Of a stretch of 64,000 nucleotides of DNA, positions 24,348 to 34,581 are shown piece after piece (position 1 is the stretch's first letter; every line of letters starts with the position of its first letter). Below the pieces are notes generated by a model, which worked only from the letters and a program-made list of their open reading frames with translations, ran no database searches and was not told the DNA's origin. The DNA is taken from contig OY843748.1 of the NCBI GenBank assembly GCA_963693015.1, positions 3,200,395-3,264,394 on the forward strand, in the 5' to 3' direction. Source of the DNA: a bacterium. GTDB lineage: Bacteria > JAAXHH01. A program made the position numbers and the translations under genes.

Positions 24348-25316
24348 ATGGAAAGCCGCGGCAGGGACTGGGACCGGGGACTGGTCAGCTATCCCGATCC
24401 CGATGTCGAGATCATCGACCCCAGGTTCAGTCCCTACGTGCTGCACACGGCGGGGATCGAGCGGCTGTTCACCGGGACGCGGTGGTCGGAAGGCCCCGTG
24501 TGGATCGGTGACGCCCGCTGCTTGGTGTGGAGCGACATCCCCAACAACCGCATGCTGCGCTGGACGGAAGAAACCGGCGAGGTGAGCGTCTTCCGGCAGC
24601 CGTCCGACAACACCAACGGCAACACGCGGGACCGGGAGGGCCGGCTGGTCTCCTGCGAGCACGACACCCGCCGGGTTACCCGCACGGAACACGACGGAAC
24701 GATCACCGTGCTGATCGACCGGTTCGGCGGCAAGCGGCTCAACGCGCCGAACGACGTGGTGGTGCATTCCGACGGCTCGGTGTGGTTCACCGACCCGGGG
24801 TACGGCATCCTGATGAATTACGAAGGGCACAAGGCCGAATTCGAGCAGCCCACCCGGGTGTATCGACTGGACCCGGCCACGGGCGATGCGACCGTCATCG
24901 CCGATGACTTCCTGAGGCCCAACGGGCTCTGCTTTTCGCCCGATGAATCACTTCTATACGTTGTAGATACCGGCGCTTCCCATGACCCCGACGGCCCCGC
25001 CCACATCCGCGTGCTGGATATCGACGGCGGCCGGGCGGTGCGGTCGCGGGTGTTCGCCAACATGAAACCGGCCTCCTCCGACGGCGTCCGGACGGACGTG
25101 GACGGCAACCTGTGGGCCGCTTCGGGTTGGGGCGGACCCGAAACGAACGGCGTGGTCTGCTTCTCGCCGGAAGGCGAACGGCTGGGCATGATTCATCTGC
25201 CGGAACCCTGCGCCAACCTGTGCTTCGGCGGCGTGAAGAAGAACCGCCTGTTCATGGCCGCCAGCCAGTCCCTCTACGCCCTCTACGTCGAAGCCCAGGG
25301 GGGCCAGCAACCGTGA
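24348..25316 (+). CDS. SMP-30/gluconolactonase/LRE family protein
   Basis: Beta-propeller lactonase motifs (PNDVVVHSDGSVWFTD, PNGLCFSPDESLLYVVDT). Confidence 0.85.
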   Translation: MESRGRDWDRGLVSYPDPDVEIIDPRFSPYVLHTAGIERLFTGTRWSEGPVWIGDARCLVWSDIPNNRMLRWTEETGEVSVFRQPSDNTNGNTRDREGRLVSCEHDTRRVTRTEHDGTITVLIDRFGGKRLNAPNDVVVHSDGSVWFTDPGYGILMNYEGHKAEFEQPTRVYRLDPATGDATVIADDFLRPNGLCFSPDESLLYVVDTGASHDPDGPAHIRVLDIDGGRAVRSRVFANMKPASSDGVRTDVDGNLWAASGWGGPETNGVVCFSPEGERLGMIHLPEPCANLCFGGVKKNRLFMAASQSLYALYVEAQGGQQP

Positions 25317-26122
25317 GCGGCCTTCACGCTTCCGATAACGGTTCCATGCTCATTTTCGACTTCGACGGGGTCCTGCTGAACTCCGTGGTGGAGATGTCGA
25401 TCACGGCCTATAACACCGTCACCGGCGGCCTGGCGACTTCTCCGGACGATCTGCCCGGCAACGCGGCGGAACTCTTCGTGACCAACCGGTACCACGTCCA
25501 GCCTGCGGGCGACGCGATCAACCTGATGGCCTGGTGCGTGGAGAACGCCCGACTGCCTGGCGGCCACCGGCTCGAGCCCGCGGCCTACCGGGCGATCCGG
25601 GACCGTTCGGACGCCCCTCTGAAGGAACGCACGGGACGATTCTTCGCGGCCCGGAAGCGGTTCGTCGCCCACGATCCCGACCAGTGGGCGTCGCTCAACA
25701 CCGTGTACCAGCCGGTCTGGGACGAGCTGAAAGGGCAGGACGCCGCGGGGATCGTAATCCTGACCAACAAGAACCGGGAGGCCACCGTGACCCTCTGCCA
25801 CCATTTCGGCCTGCCCGTCCTGGAAGAAAACGTGTACTCGGGCGATCACGGAACGACGAAGATCGAGAATCTGCTGGCGATCCAGGCGCGGTTCGGCCGG
25901 GCGCGGTACGGATTCGTGGACGATTCCATCGGCAACCTGGAGGAACTCGACGCCCACTTCAACGCTGATGAGCCGTGCCTTGAACTGATGCTGGCTTCCT
26001 GGGGATATATCGGACCGGAAGACCGCGAAGTCGCCCGCCGCGCCGGATACGCCATCCTCGAGCAGGCGGACCTCATTGCCCGTTTCAAGTCGGACCGGGC
26101 CATCGAGGTGGGCAGTTCATGA
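25313..26122 (+). CDS. HAD-like hydrolase
   Basis: The GTG start overlaps the upstream stop (GTGA). MLIFDFDGVLLNS is HAD motif I. The upstream part of track ORF 25112-26122 is rejected as an extension. Confidence 0.7.
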   Translation: MSGLHASDNGSMLIFDFDGVLLNSVVEMSITAYNTVTGGLATSPDDLPGNAAELFVTNRYHVQPAGDAINLMAWCVENARLPGGHRLEPAAYRAIRDRSDAPLKERTGRFFAARKRFVAHDPDQWASLNTVYQPVWDELKGQDAAGIVILTNKNREATVTLCHHFGLPVLEENVYSGDHGTTKIENLLAIQARFGRARYGFVDDSIGNLEELDAHFNADEPCLELMLASWGYIGPEDREVARRAGYAILEQADLIARFKSDRAIEVGSS

Positions 26123-27153
26123 CCCCGAACCCAATGGATAACCGCCGCAGTGCACTCGAAGTCATCGACCGGTTCCCGGCATTGCGCGCCTTGGTCGTCG
26201 GGGACGTCATGCTCGACGTCTACGAGTTCTGCCGGACCGGGGACAGCAAGCCCATCGATTCGGAGAAGGCGGGCAAGCGGGCCTACAAGGCGCAGGAAAC
26301 GATCAAGGTGCTCGGCGGCGCGGGCAACGTGGCGGCCAACCTCGCGTCCCTGGACGTGCGCACCACCCTCGTGGGCGTGACAGGGAACGACGAACACTAC
26401 TTCAGGATCCGCGATCTCGCCGACGGGTTGTCCATTCGCCACGGCCTGATCCGGGACGCGCACCGGCCCACCACGACCAAGGCCCGGCTGTACCTGGACG
26501 ACGACTATCTGCTCCGCCGCGATACCGAGTGCACCGACGGGTTGGACGACGGGATCTCCGCCGCGCTGGTGAAGGAAGTCCTGCGCGTATTGCCCGAGAC
26601 CGACGTCGTGATCCTGAGTGACTACGACAAGGGCGTGTTTTCCAGGGAGAGCGCCGGACAGATCATCCGCGAATGCCGCCTCCACGAAATCCCCGTCGTG
26701 GTCGATTTCAAGCCAGGCAACCGGGAGGCCTTTGCGGGCGCGGACATCATCGCGCCGAACGCCGCCGAAGCCGCCGAACTCAGCGGCGGGTTTTCTCCGG
26801 ATCGCCTCGAGGATCGTCTCGAGTCCGACTGCCGACGCCTGCACGACGCGCTGGGTTGCCGGAACACGGTCGTCACGCTGGGCGAAGACGGACTCTGCGG
26901 CGTGGGCGCGGGCGGTTTCTTCCACGTGCCGGGCCACCGCGTCGTGCCCGTGGACAAGGTCGGCTGCGGCGACACGGTGCGGGCGGGGCTCGCCATCGGC
27001 GCGGCGCTGGGACTTCCCCTCAGGGAGGCGGGGGAACTCGCCAACGACGCGGCGACCGTCATCGTGCAGAAACCGGCCACGTCCGTCCTGTCGCGGCGGG
27101 AGCTTCAAGATTTCGTGTCCCGCAAGGAGGATTTATGGTCCGCCTCAGTCTGA
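26119..27153 (+). CDS. PfkB-family kinase, HldE domain-I-like (D-glycero-beta-D-manno-heptose-7-phosphate kinase-like)
   Basis: LVVGDVMLDVYEF... N-terminus and a C-terminal GDT.AGD-like anion-hole region (GCGDTVRAGLAIG). Confidence 0.8.
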   Translation: MTPNPMDNRRSALEVIDRFPALRALVVGDVMLDVYEFCRTGDSKPIDSEKAGKRAYKAQETIKVLGGAGNVAANLASLDVRTTLVGVTGNDEHYFRIRDLADGLSIRHGLIRDAHRPTTTKARLYLDDDYLLRRDTECTDGLDDGISAALVKEVLRVLPETDVVILSDYDKGVFSRESAGQIIRECRLHEIPVVVDFKPGNREAFAGADIIAPNAAEAAELSGGFSPDRLEDRLESDCRRLHDALGCRNTVVTLGEDGLCGVGAGGFFHVPGHRVVPVDKVGCGDTVRAGLAIGAALGLPLREAGELANDAATVIVQKPATSVLSRRELQDFVSRKEDLWSASV

Positions 27154-27968
27154 CCATCGTATTTCTCGCACTGGTTTTTACAGCCTGTAAGTCCGGACCC
27201 ACCGTGGACGGAACGGACGCCGAAGCCTTCGATACTTCCATCGCCGCGCTCAGGGCCGCGCTGCCCGAGGAAGACCGGGAAAAACTCGACGAAGTGCTGG
27301 AGGCATTCGAATATCTCTACAGCGACAACGTGATCAGTTCGCTGAACGCCTCCGAGGCCATCCGCAGCCGGCTCCGTAGCCGCCTGGACGGCATGGACGC
27401 GCGGGACATCTTCACGGATTGGACCGACCGGGTGGACAAGGCGATCACGGCCCTCGAAGAAAAGAAGGAGAACACGGATTCCGCCATGAAGAATCTGAGG
27501 AGCGTGCGGGTCAGGGGGGCCGAGTACTACGTGCAGCGGGGCCAGTCGGTCGTGAAGCTGAACATCCACAACCGGACGGAACACACCATCTCCAAGGTGT
27601 ATTTCCGCGGTACCCTCTGGAGGCAGGAGCCCCGCAAGTGGCTTCTGGAGGATGATTTCAACTACAATATCCGGTACACGGAAGGCAGGAACCTGGGGCC
27701 GGGCGACCGGGCCGAGTGGAATTTCGCCCTGCTGTCGCCGGTCTGGAAGCGGGCCCCGGAAGACGTGGACAACCTCTCCCTGAGCGTGATCGTGACGAGA
27801 ATCGACGGCGCGCCCGAGCAACCCATCTACGACGCGTTCACGGATCGATTCACGACCAAGGACCGGAGACGGCTGCGGCGGCTGGTATCCCTCAGGGATT
27901 CCATCGGGACCTTCGAGCCCGAACCCGAAACAGAGCCTGATCCCGAGGAGACCTCCCTCGGGAATTGA
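27136..27968 (+). CDS. Hypothetical lipoprotein
   Basis: ATG at 27136 preceded by AAGGAGG. MVRLSLTIVFLALVFTACKSG lipobox. The upstream part of track ORF 26673-27968 is rejected. Confidence 0.6.
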
Positions 27969-27986
27969 CGCCGAAGGCGTCCGCCG

Positions 27987-28904
27987 TCATCCCTTCCCGC
28001 CACCTCCCCCGTCCGGTTCGATATACTTGTCCACCGTATCGGCGAAGATCAGGAACTGCGGATTGTTACGGTGGGTCTGCCGAAGGGCCTGCACCGTGGC
28101 GCCTTCCCTTCCCTCTTCACGAGTACCCCGGCAGTACGCCTCCATCAAGGCGGGTTCCAGGGGCTGTCGCGCGTCGTGGAAACTGTCGGCGAAGAAGCCG
28201 AAGATCATGCCCACGATACCGATGCCCACCATCATCAGCAGGACGCTGGCCCCCTGTCCCAGGGGGGTGACCGGGTACTTGTCCCCGTACCCCACGGTCG
28301 TGGAGGTCACCACGGCCCACCAGATGCTGTCGCCGTATACGCTGAACACGTCCGGCTGGGCGCGGCGTTCCACCTCGTAGATCACGGTGGAACTGATCAT
28401 CAGGTACATGATGGTGATGAGGAAGATGGGGATGACGCGGATTCGATTGGTGTACATGGACCGGGCGAACTCCGCCAGCTTGGGGCTGTACCGGAACATC
28501 TTGAGGAGCCGAAGCGTCCGGGCGCCCCGGACCAGGCCGAGCTGTTCCTGGGAAAGACCGGGGTAGAACCCGATCCAGAAGGGCAGGATGCTGACCAGGT
28601 CGATCAGGCCGAGGGAACTGACCAGGTACTTGCCCTTCCGCGGCGCCAGACGGATGCGCAGCGCGTATTCCAGGGTGAAGAACCCGGCGATGACCCGCTC
28701 GATCCAGATGAACCCCGTCCACGCGTCGGCGTCCAGGCTGCTGCGCGTCTGGGAGTACTGCAGCTCGATGAAATAGAGGATCATATTGACGGCCAGTACG
28801 TAGGGACCGAAGCGGTGTACGGCCGCAAGGAGGGAGGACAGTATTCCCGGCATGGCGTGCCTCCTTGGCGATTGCGTTGGGTTTACCTTGTTTGTCCAGG
28901 GCAC
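27987..28904 (-). CDS. Voltage-gated-type potassium channel (6TM, Kv-like)
   Basis: S4-like RGARTLRLLKMFR and the selectivity filter TTVGYGD. Confidence 0.85.
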   Translation of the reverse strand: MPWTNKVNPTQSPRRHAMPGILSSLLAAVHRFGPYVLAVNMILYFIELQYSQTRSSLDADAWTGFIWIERVIAGFFTLEYALRIRLAPRKGKYLVSSLGLIDLVSILPFWIGFYPGLSQEQLGLVRGARTLRLLKMFRYSPKLAEFARSMYTNRIRVIPIFLITIMYLMISSTVIYEVERRAQPDVFSVYGDSIWWAVVTSTTVGYGDKYPVTPLGQGASVLLMMVGIGIVGMIFGFFADSFHDARQPLEPALMEAYCRGTREEGREGATVQALRQTHRNNPQFLIFADTVDKYIEPDGGGGGKG

Positions 28905-29039
28905 GAAGGTCGAAGGGCTGGTTTCCCGGCACTGTTTCGTCCGCGGCGCTGCTCCATTCGCAGTATCGTTTCATACGACAAAGGCCCACCTTCAGCCTGC
29001 GCATCGGGTGAGCCTTTGGATTCGCGTCCTTCGGCGGTC

Positions 29040-29810
29040 TCAGGACTTTTTGGAGCGGAGTGCGGCCAGCCGGTCCCGGGTCGAGGAAGCGGACAGCGCG
29101 GGTTTCTCGGCCGCTTCCAGGGCCGCGGCGATGTTGGGATCGTCGGAGATCTCGGTCTGCCCGAATGCGCCGATTTTGAGTTCCGCCGCGCGGGAGGTCG
29201 TTTCCGCTTTCTCCGTCTCCTTGTCCATGGCGTTGAGGGCCGTGTCCAGTCCTCCGAGGGAACTGCTCAGCCCCGCGGCCTGCCGCACGCCTTCGGCGCG
29301 TTCGAGAGCCCGCTCCTTCTTCATCCGGGCCTGCTCCATGCGGCGCTGGGCCTGCTTGAGCTGGGTCTGCGCCTGCTTCAGCTTCTCCGCCGCCGTATCG
29401 TAGGCCTGGCGAAGCTCCGTCGCGAAGGCTTCCGCTTCCTGGTCCTCCTGGCGCTCCCGCTCGATCTCAGGATTAAGGCGCTCCAGTTCCGAAACCAGCT
29501 TTTCCAGGCTTTCCTCCAACGTGGAACGCTGTCCCTCTTCCGCGCCTTCGAGCTGGCCTTCGAGCCGTTCGGCCGCGGCCAGGTACCGGTCGTACTGCGT
29601 CAACAGCGCCTGCGTCTCCTCGTGGTCCTTCTTCACGTCCATCTCGGCTTTGCCTACCCGTTTGCCCAGCTTGTCGAGCTCTTCCTCCATGAGCGAAATC
29701 TGCGCCTCGGACGCCGTTTCCGGGTCGAAGGCCACGACGGCCTGGGTGAAGGACTCCAGGGCATTGCCGGCCTGCTTCTTGCCGACGCGGGAGAGAAACT
29801 TCCAGATCAT
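29040..29810 (-). CDS. PspA/IM30-family coiled-coil protein (YjfJ-like)
   Basis: 256 aa, highly helical with charged heptad-like content. Paired with the downstream DUF2491-like gene. Confidence 0.55.
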   Translation of the reverse strand: MIWKFLSRVGKKQAGNALESFTQAVVAFDPETASEAQISLMEEELDKLGKRVGKAEMDVKKDHEETQALLTQYDRYLAAAERLEGQLEGAEEGQRSTLEESLEKLVSELERLNPEIERERQEDQEAEAFATELRQAYDTAAEKLKQAQTQLKQAQRRMEQARMKKERALERAEGVRQAAGLSSSLGGLDTALNAMDKETEKAETTSRAAELKIGAFGQTEISDDPNIAAALEAAEKPALSASSTRDRLAALRSKKS

Positions 29811-29907
29811 ATCATTATCCTTTCTCGTTTCATTTTCGAAGGTCTTCGGTCGTGGTCGGCGTATTCAGGTTCGATCATATCTGCCATCCGGCTTCCCGGC
29901 GGTCGTT

Positions 29908-30609
29908 TCATATGACCGTGACTTCCCCGGGCATCAGGTCCACGCCCAGGTACAGTTCTATAACGCCCTCGCCGGCGCTGATCAACAGGAATTCGTCCAC
30001 GCGCTCCGGGTCTTCCGGATTGTGGGGATCTCCGCTCGCCACCCGGAAGTAGGACATGGCCTGCTGGGTTTCCTCGAAGATCTGCTCTCCGTGCGGGTCC
30101 CGGACGATCCGTTCGCTGACCTGCACCGGCAGGGTTTGCCCGTCGCCGTCCACCCATTCGCGGAGATAGGTGCGTTCCTCGCCGTCGCCGTGGAGCACTT
30201 GCGCGGATCCTATGATGCCGTCCTCGTCGTTCAACCAGATCTCCCAGATCTCCTCCGAATGGGGATACACGTCCCGGTCCAGCACGTACAGGCGGCATTC
30301 CACCGGCTCCCCGTGCTCCGCCACCACCTGGAGGAAAGCCGAGGTGCCCTGGAGATAGCACCGGTAGGCCATGGCGCCGTCGCCGAGGTCGATCTTGCCA
30401 ATGGCTTCGATGGCCAGCGGGAAGGAAGGGAAACTGAAATCGACGAGGCCTATGAAGGTGGACAGCGCGGCGCCGTCGAGGTCGATCAGCCGATCGATGG
30501 CGACCCCCAGGGGAAGATCCTGGTCCACTCGCACAGGCTTCTTCCGAAAGAAACCCACCGCCTCTTTCGCCTGCTTCTTCGCAACGGAACGAATGATATG
30601 GAAGCTCAT
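29908..30609 (-). CDS. Hypothetical protein (YjfK/DUF2491-like, PspA-associated)
   Basis: Start MSFHIIRSV at 30609. The family assignment is tentative and rests on gene context. Confidence 0.45.
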   Translation of the reverse strand: MSFHIIRSVAKKQAKEAVGFFRKKPVRVDQDLPLGVAIDRLIDLDGAALSTFIGLVDFSFPSFPLAIEAIGKIDLGDGAMAYRCYLQGTSAFLQVVAEHGEPVECRLYVLDRDVYPHSEEIWEIWLNDEDGIIGSAQVLHGDGEERTYLREWVDGDGQTLPVQVSERIVRDPHGEQIFEETQQAMSYFRVASGDPHNPEDPERVDEFLLISAGEGVIELYLGVDLMPGEVTVI

Positions 30610-30620
30610 CGGGTCCTGCG

Positions 30621-32441
30621 CTACTCCTCGCCCACGATGGGCTTGATGTCGTCCATGGACCGCCACAGCGCGTCTTCGAAGAGGGTCATCGGCTTGCTGC
30701 CGTAGGTATCCACCCAGCGCTTGGACAGGATGAGGATGGCGTCCACCGTCAGCGTCTCCACGCTGCTGTCGAAATAGCCGAAGAGCCAGCCTTCCTGCAG
30801 TTCGGGATAGGTCTCGTGGGGGATGGTCGCCACCTCGTAGATCGTGTTGCCGAACTGGTCCACGGCCGTGCTGAAATAGTGCTCGTCCACGGCGACCATG
30901 CTCAACTGGCTTCCGTACTGGCTGTCGGCTTCCTTCAGCAGTTCCGAGTTCAGGCCGGCGACGAACAGCATGGCCGAGTTGACGTCTCCCGCCACCTGGC
31001 GCAGGGCCTCCTCGTAGCTGGCGAACCGCGTGTTGAACTCCCCGTACCGGGGATCCTGGAGGACGAAACCCTCCCAGGCCCTGTGCGTGCCGGAACCGCG
31101 GGGTCCCACGTACACGATATGGGTGCTCGGCACCAGGTCGGAGATGCTCGCGATGCCGCCGTCTTCGTTGACGATCAGCTGTACGTACTCGGTGTACAGA
31201 GTGGACTGCAGGCCGACCAGTTGGTCCTCCGCGCCCGGGTTCTTGCGCAGGTAGGAGTTCAGGATGTCGCTCTGCACGAGGATCGCGTCGGCCTGGTTCC
31301 GGACCAGGTTGTTCAGGTTCTCCTCCGAACCGGCCGTCGTCTCGAGCATCACGTCGAAATCCGGCAGGTGGGACTGGAGGATCTGGCCGAAACGGTGATA
31401 ATTGCCGTTCTCCACCCCCGTGTTGACCGTGATGCGCGGTTGGTTCGGATCGGCGGTGGCCACGACTTCGGCGGCCAGGGCGATCGCGGGAGTCACGCCC
31501 GGCGGCAGGTATTCGGGATCCCTCGGCGTGCCTTCCAGCGTGGCGACCTGCCTGTCCAGTTCATCCAGCTTCGCGCGCAGTTCCGCGTTGTCCTCGGCCA
31601 GGCGCTCGGCCTCGCCGCGCCACTCCTTGTACCCCGGATCATTGGCGTGGTGATGGGCCACGGCGTAATGACGGCGGCTGCTCATCATGTCCAGCATGGA
31701 CCACATGAACAGCGCGTCCCACATGCCGAAGCTCGGATAGGACATGAAGGCGTATCCGGGCGCGCCCCAGCCCATGCCCCCGTAGTACCGGTCCCGGCCG
31801 GCGTAGTAGTTGTCGTAGGAGGTGCGGTTCTGCGAGCCCCGGTTGTAGAGGCCGTTGTCCCGGTAGCTGCTCGTATTGGCCGCCGAGTTGGACGACCGGG
31901 CGAAACCGGCCTGGCGCGACTGGTGCGTGGCGAGGGACCTGCGGGCCGTCTCGCTCTGGACCCGCCTGCCCATGACCGACGAACGGGCCGTTGCCCGCCC
32001 GGTGGAGGCGCCCGAAACTGCGCCGCCGGCTCGTGTCGATCGGGCCGCGGTGGCCGCGGGCTGCCGGGTTGACGTGCTGCGCGCCGGCGCGGCGGATTGC
32101 CCGGTGGTGCGGGCGGGTGTCTGCCGCGTCGCTGTAGTCGAACTCCTCCGGGAGAACGGGCTGCGGCGGCCAAAGGAACTGCGGCGGTTCCAAAGAGACC
32201 GCGAACTCCGGAAACCACCGAAACCGCGGCGGGCGTACGCTTCCTCCGGACCGAACAGGCCGGTGACCTGCCGGATCGTTTTTTCCGCATTTTCCGCGCT
32301 TTCCGTGAGCGGCGCGGCGTGGTCCGCCGAGCGTAAGCGGTCGGTCGTATCGGAACGCTTCCCGTCCGGACTCATCTGCAAAAACCCGCCCGTCAGCACG
32401 AGCAAGCCGGTCATCACGACCAGTTTAAGGTGTCTTGGCAT
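30621..32441 (-). CDS. Membrane-anchored protein with about 200 aa of S/T/R-rich low-complexity sequence and a C-terminal TAXI-like solute-binding domain
   Basis: N-terminal TM helix, extreme RS/ST-rich segment, then ITVNTGVENGNYHRFGQIL...-type substrate-binding-like fold. Confidence 0.6.
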   Translation of the reverse strand: MPRHLKLVVMTGLLVLTGGFLQMSPDGKRSDTTDRLRSADHAAPLTESAENAEKTIRQVTGLFGPEEAYARRGFGGFRSSRSLWNRRSSFGRRSPFSRRSSTTATRQTPARTTGQSAAPARSTSTRQPAATAARSTRAGGAVSGASTGRATARSSVMGRRVQSETARRSLATHQSRQAGFARSSNSAANTSSYRDNGLYNRGSQNRTSYDNYYAGRDRYYGGMGWGAPGYAFMSYPSFGMWDALFMWSMLDMMSSRRHYAVAHHHANDPGYKEWRGEAERLAEDNAELRAKLDELDRQVATLEGTPRDPEYLPPGVTPAIALAAEVVATADPNQPRITVNTGVENGNYHRFGQILQSHLPDFDVMLETTAGSEENLNNLVRNQADAILVQSDILNSYLRKNPGAEDQLVGLQSTLYTEYVQLIVNEDGGIASISDLVPSTHIVYVGPRGSGTHRAWEGFVLQDPRYGEFNTRFASYEEALRQVAGDVNSAMLFVAGLNSELLKEADSQYGSQLSMVAVDEHYFSTAVDQFGNTIYEVATIPHETYPELQEGWLFGYFDSSVETLTVDAILILSKRWVDTYGSKPMTLFEDALWRSMDDIKPIVGEE

Positions 32442-32728
32442 GACGTACTTCCCCTTCGTAGACGATATGAGTGTTCGGATTCTGGCTTCTTAAAGATATA
32501 GACTACCCGTCCCGCAGGCAAGTTGCAAACCTGTATAGAACCGGCGGTCCGGGTGATTTGAGAAGCCGCGGGGCCCGCTTGCAACCCATTTTCAGCCCGA
32601 TGCGGTCGCGTTGCGGTCCGGTCCGGTCGAGCCGCAACCCGCCCGCGGTCGCGTTGCAGCCCGGCCCGGAAAGGAAGATCCCATTGACCCCGGGACACAC
32701 GGATCATACCATATCGGATCGTGTCTCT

Positions 32729-32782
32729 GACCAGACGGAGTGTTCAGACCAAACGGAGTGTCCGGGCCAGGCGGAGTATCCG
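32729..32782. repeat. Three imperfect 18-bp tandem repeats (GACCAGACGGAGTGTTCA-like)
   Basis: gaccagacggagtgttca / gaccaaacggagtgtccg / ggccaggcggagtatccg, about 45 nt upstream of the enolase-superfamily gene. A duplicated cggtcgcgttgcRgYccggYccgg motif also occurs at about 32600-32665. Confidence 0.6.
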
Positions 32783-32826
32783 GGATAACGACACTTTCAT
32801 CGATCCTTCAAATGGAAAGCGGGCAT

Positions 32827-34029
32827 ATGCGCATCACCGAAGTCCGCGTGCGGCAGGTTGCCGTCCCGCGCATCTACGACACCTACTGCGCGGACCCCAA
32901 GCACCTGAAGGCCACCATCAATCACGGCAGGACCACCTACCAGATCATCGAATTGAAGACCCATGGCGGGTTGACCGGGGTCGGCGAGGTATCTGATATC
33001 GCGCCGCGGATGGACGCGCCCTCGTCTGAATCTCTGCAGAGCATATTGGCCGCAGTGCTGGGCAACGGCGACATACGCGCGTGGCGCGCCCTTTATGACG
33101 GGGTGGACGAGGCGCTTCCCAAAGGCTGGTATCCCGAACTCAGGCAGCTGGTGCTATTCGGAGTCGAAATCGCGCTACTCGACCTGGTCGGCAAGGCGCA
33201 CGAACTTCCGCTCTTTGAACTCCTGGGCGGCCGCTGCCGGCCCGGCGCATCCGTTTCCTGGGTCGCCTATCTGCGCGGCGACGCCACCCTCGAGGACGAG
33301 CTGCGGGCCCTTGAGCTGGAAGTGTCCGACCAGGTGGGATCGGGCATGAAGGCCTTCAAACTCAAGGTGGGCGAGGACCACGAACGCGACCTGGCGAGGG
33401 TGAGGCTGGCGCGTAGGATCGCGGGCCCCGCGGCCTACGTCAAGGTGGACGCCAGCGGTTACTGGGAGGAGGACGAGGCCCCGTCCCGGCTGCGAGACAT
33501 GGCGGAGGCCGGCGCCGACGCGTGCGAGACGCCGATTCGCGCGCTCTCGAGGCCCATGTCTCGGGAGGACCCCGACCGGATCGAAGCGGATGCGGTCGGG
33601 ATCGCCGAAGCGCTGGCGAAGGTCCGCGGCCGTTCCCCCATACCGATCATCGAGCACGTCGCGGATCTCGGGGACGTCTTCCTGACGGCCCTCATCCGCC
33701 ACCGCGCCGTGGATATCGTCAACGTCGTGCCCTGCCAGGCCGGCGGGCTTTGCCGCGCGAAGCGGCTGATCCATGCCGCGGAGACCGCGGGCATGCCCGC
33801 GCTGTTGGGAAGTACCATCGAACTGGGACCCGGGACGGCGGCATCGGTGCATCTCGCGGTTTCGTCGGCAAGCGTAAACGTGCCCTCGGACCTGGTGGGT
33901 CCAGGGCTGCTTGAGGGCGACGTGTGCACCAAGCCCTTCTCCCTCGAGGGCGGCGAACTCGCCCCCTTCGAAGGTCCCGGGCTGGGCATTGATCTGGATG
34001 AAGAAAAGATGGAGCGCTGGGTGGGTTAG
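32827..34029 (+). CDS. Enolase-superfamily enzyme (mandelate racemase / muconate lactonizing enzyme family)
   Basis: Start MRITEVRV at 32827. MR/MLE-type barrel motifs (KLKVG, D...E...D metal ligands). Confidence 0.8.
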   Translation: MRITEVRVRQVAVPRIYDTYCADPKHLKATINHGRTTYQIIELKTHGGLTGVGEVSDIAPRMDAPSSESLQSILAAVLGNGDIRAWRALYDGVDEALPKGWYPELRQLVLFGVEIALLDLVGKAHELPLFELLGGRCRPGASVSWVAYLRGDATLEDELRALELEVSDQVGSGMKAFKLKVGEDHERDLARVRLARRIAGPAAYVKVDASGYWEEDEAPSRLRDMAEAGADACETPIRALSRPMSREDPDRIEADAVGIAEALAKVRGRSPIPIIEHVADLGDVFLTALIRHRAVDIVNVVPCQAGGLCRAKRLIHAAETAGMPALLGSTIELGPGTAASVHLAVSSASVNVPSDLVGPGLLEGDVCTKPFSLEGGELAPFEGPGLGIDLDEEKMERWVG

Positions 34030-34134
34030 GTGTATTCTGACGGGTTCACCGGGAACGTACGATCCTGCGACGTCCCCAGGGATCGCTTCGATTCGCCCGT
34101 CATTCAAAATGTCACACACGTATCAGCGCCTGTA

Positions 34135-34581
34135 TCACCGTCTGGATCTGCCGGATCTGCCCGGCGCGATGCGTGATGCTTCCTCCGCGAGTTTCTCGAA
34201 TGCCTTAAACTCGTCTGCAGAGAGCATACCCTTCAGGTTTTCCTTGAACTTTTTCTCGTTTCCCTCCAGTTGTTCACGCAGCCAGTTCCAGTCCCCGGAC
34301 TTTCTGGCCTGTTCCACCAGCGCTTCCTTCTGAGTCGAGGCTTCCTTCACCACGGCACGCAGTTGCAATACCTGTTCGTCTGTCGTATCCATCCGGATGC
34401 TCAGCACGTGCCATATCTGGGTGACGGGAAAGGTGCTCACCGCCTGCATTTGTTCCATCATGGCGCTGTTCTGGCCACGGCCGCCCATTCGGCCGAATCC
34501 GCGTCGCTGGGCATCCGCTTCGCTGGCGGTATAGGCGATCATGACCAATCCGAGCAGGGCCAGGTGAAGACGATATTTCAT
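34135..34581 (-). CDS. Periplasmic Spy/CpxP-like small protein
   Basis: Signal peptide plus helical LTXXQ-like segments. Confidence 0.45.
   Translation of the reverse strand: MKYRLHLALLGLVMIAYTASEADAQRRGFGRMGGRGQNSAMMEQMQAVSTFPVTQIWHVLSIRMDTTDEQVLQLRAVVKEASTQKEALVEQARKSGDWNWLREQLEGNEKKFKENLKGMLSADEFKAFEKLAEEASRIAPGRSGRSRR

Noticed and set aside
25112-25312. Upstream extension of the HAD-like hydrolase ORF overlapping the SMP-30 gene
   Set aside because: The extension is Arg-rich, and the SMP-30 frame is conserved through this region. A GTG at 25313 overlapping the upstream stop gives a clean HAD motif I start.
26673-27135. N-terminal 154-aa Arg-rich extension of the lipoprotein ORF (track ORF 26673-27968)
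   Set aside because: The extension overlaps the PfkB/HldE-like kinase in another frame. A strong RBS plus ATG at 27136 with a lipobox signal marks the true start.
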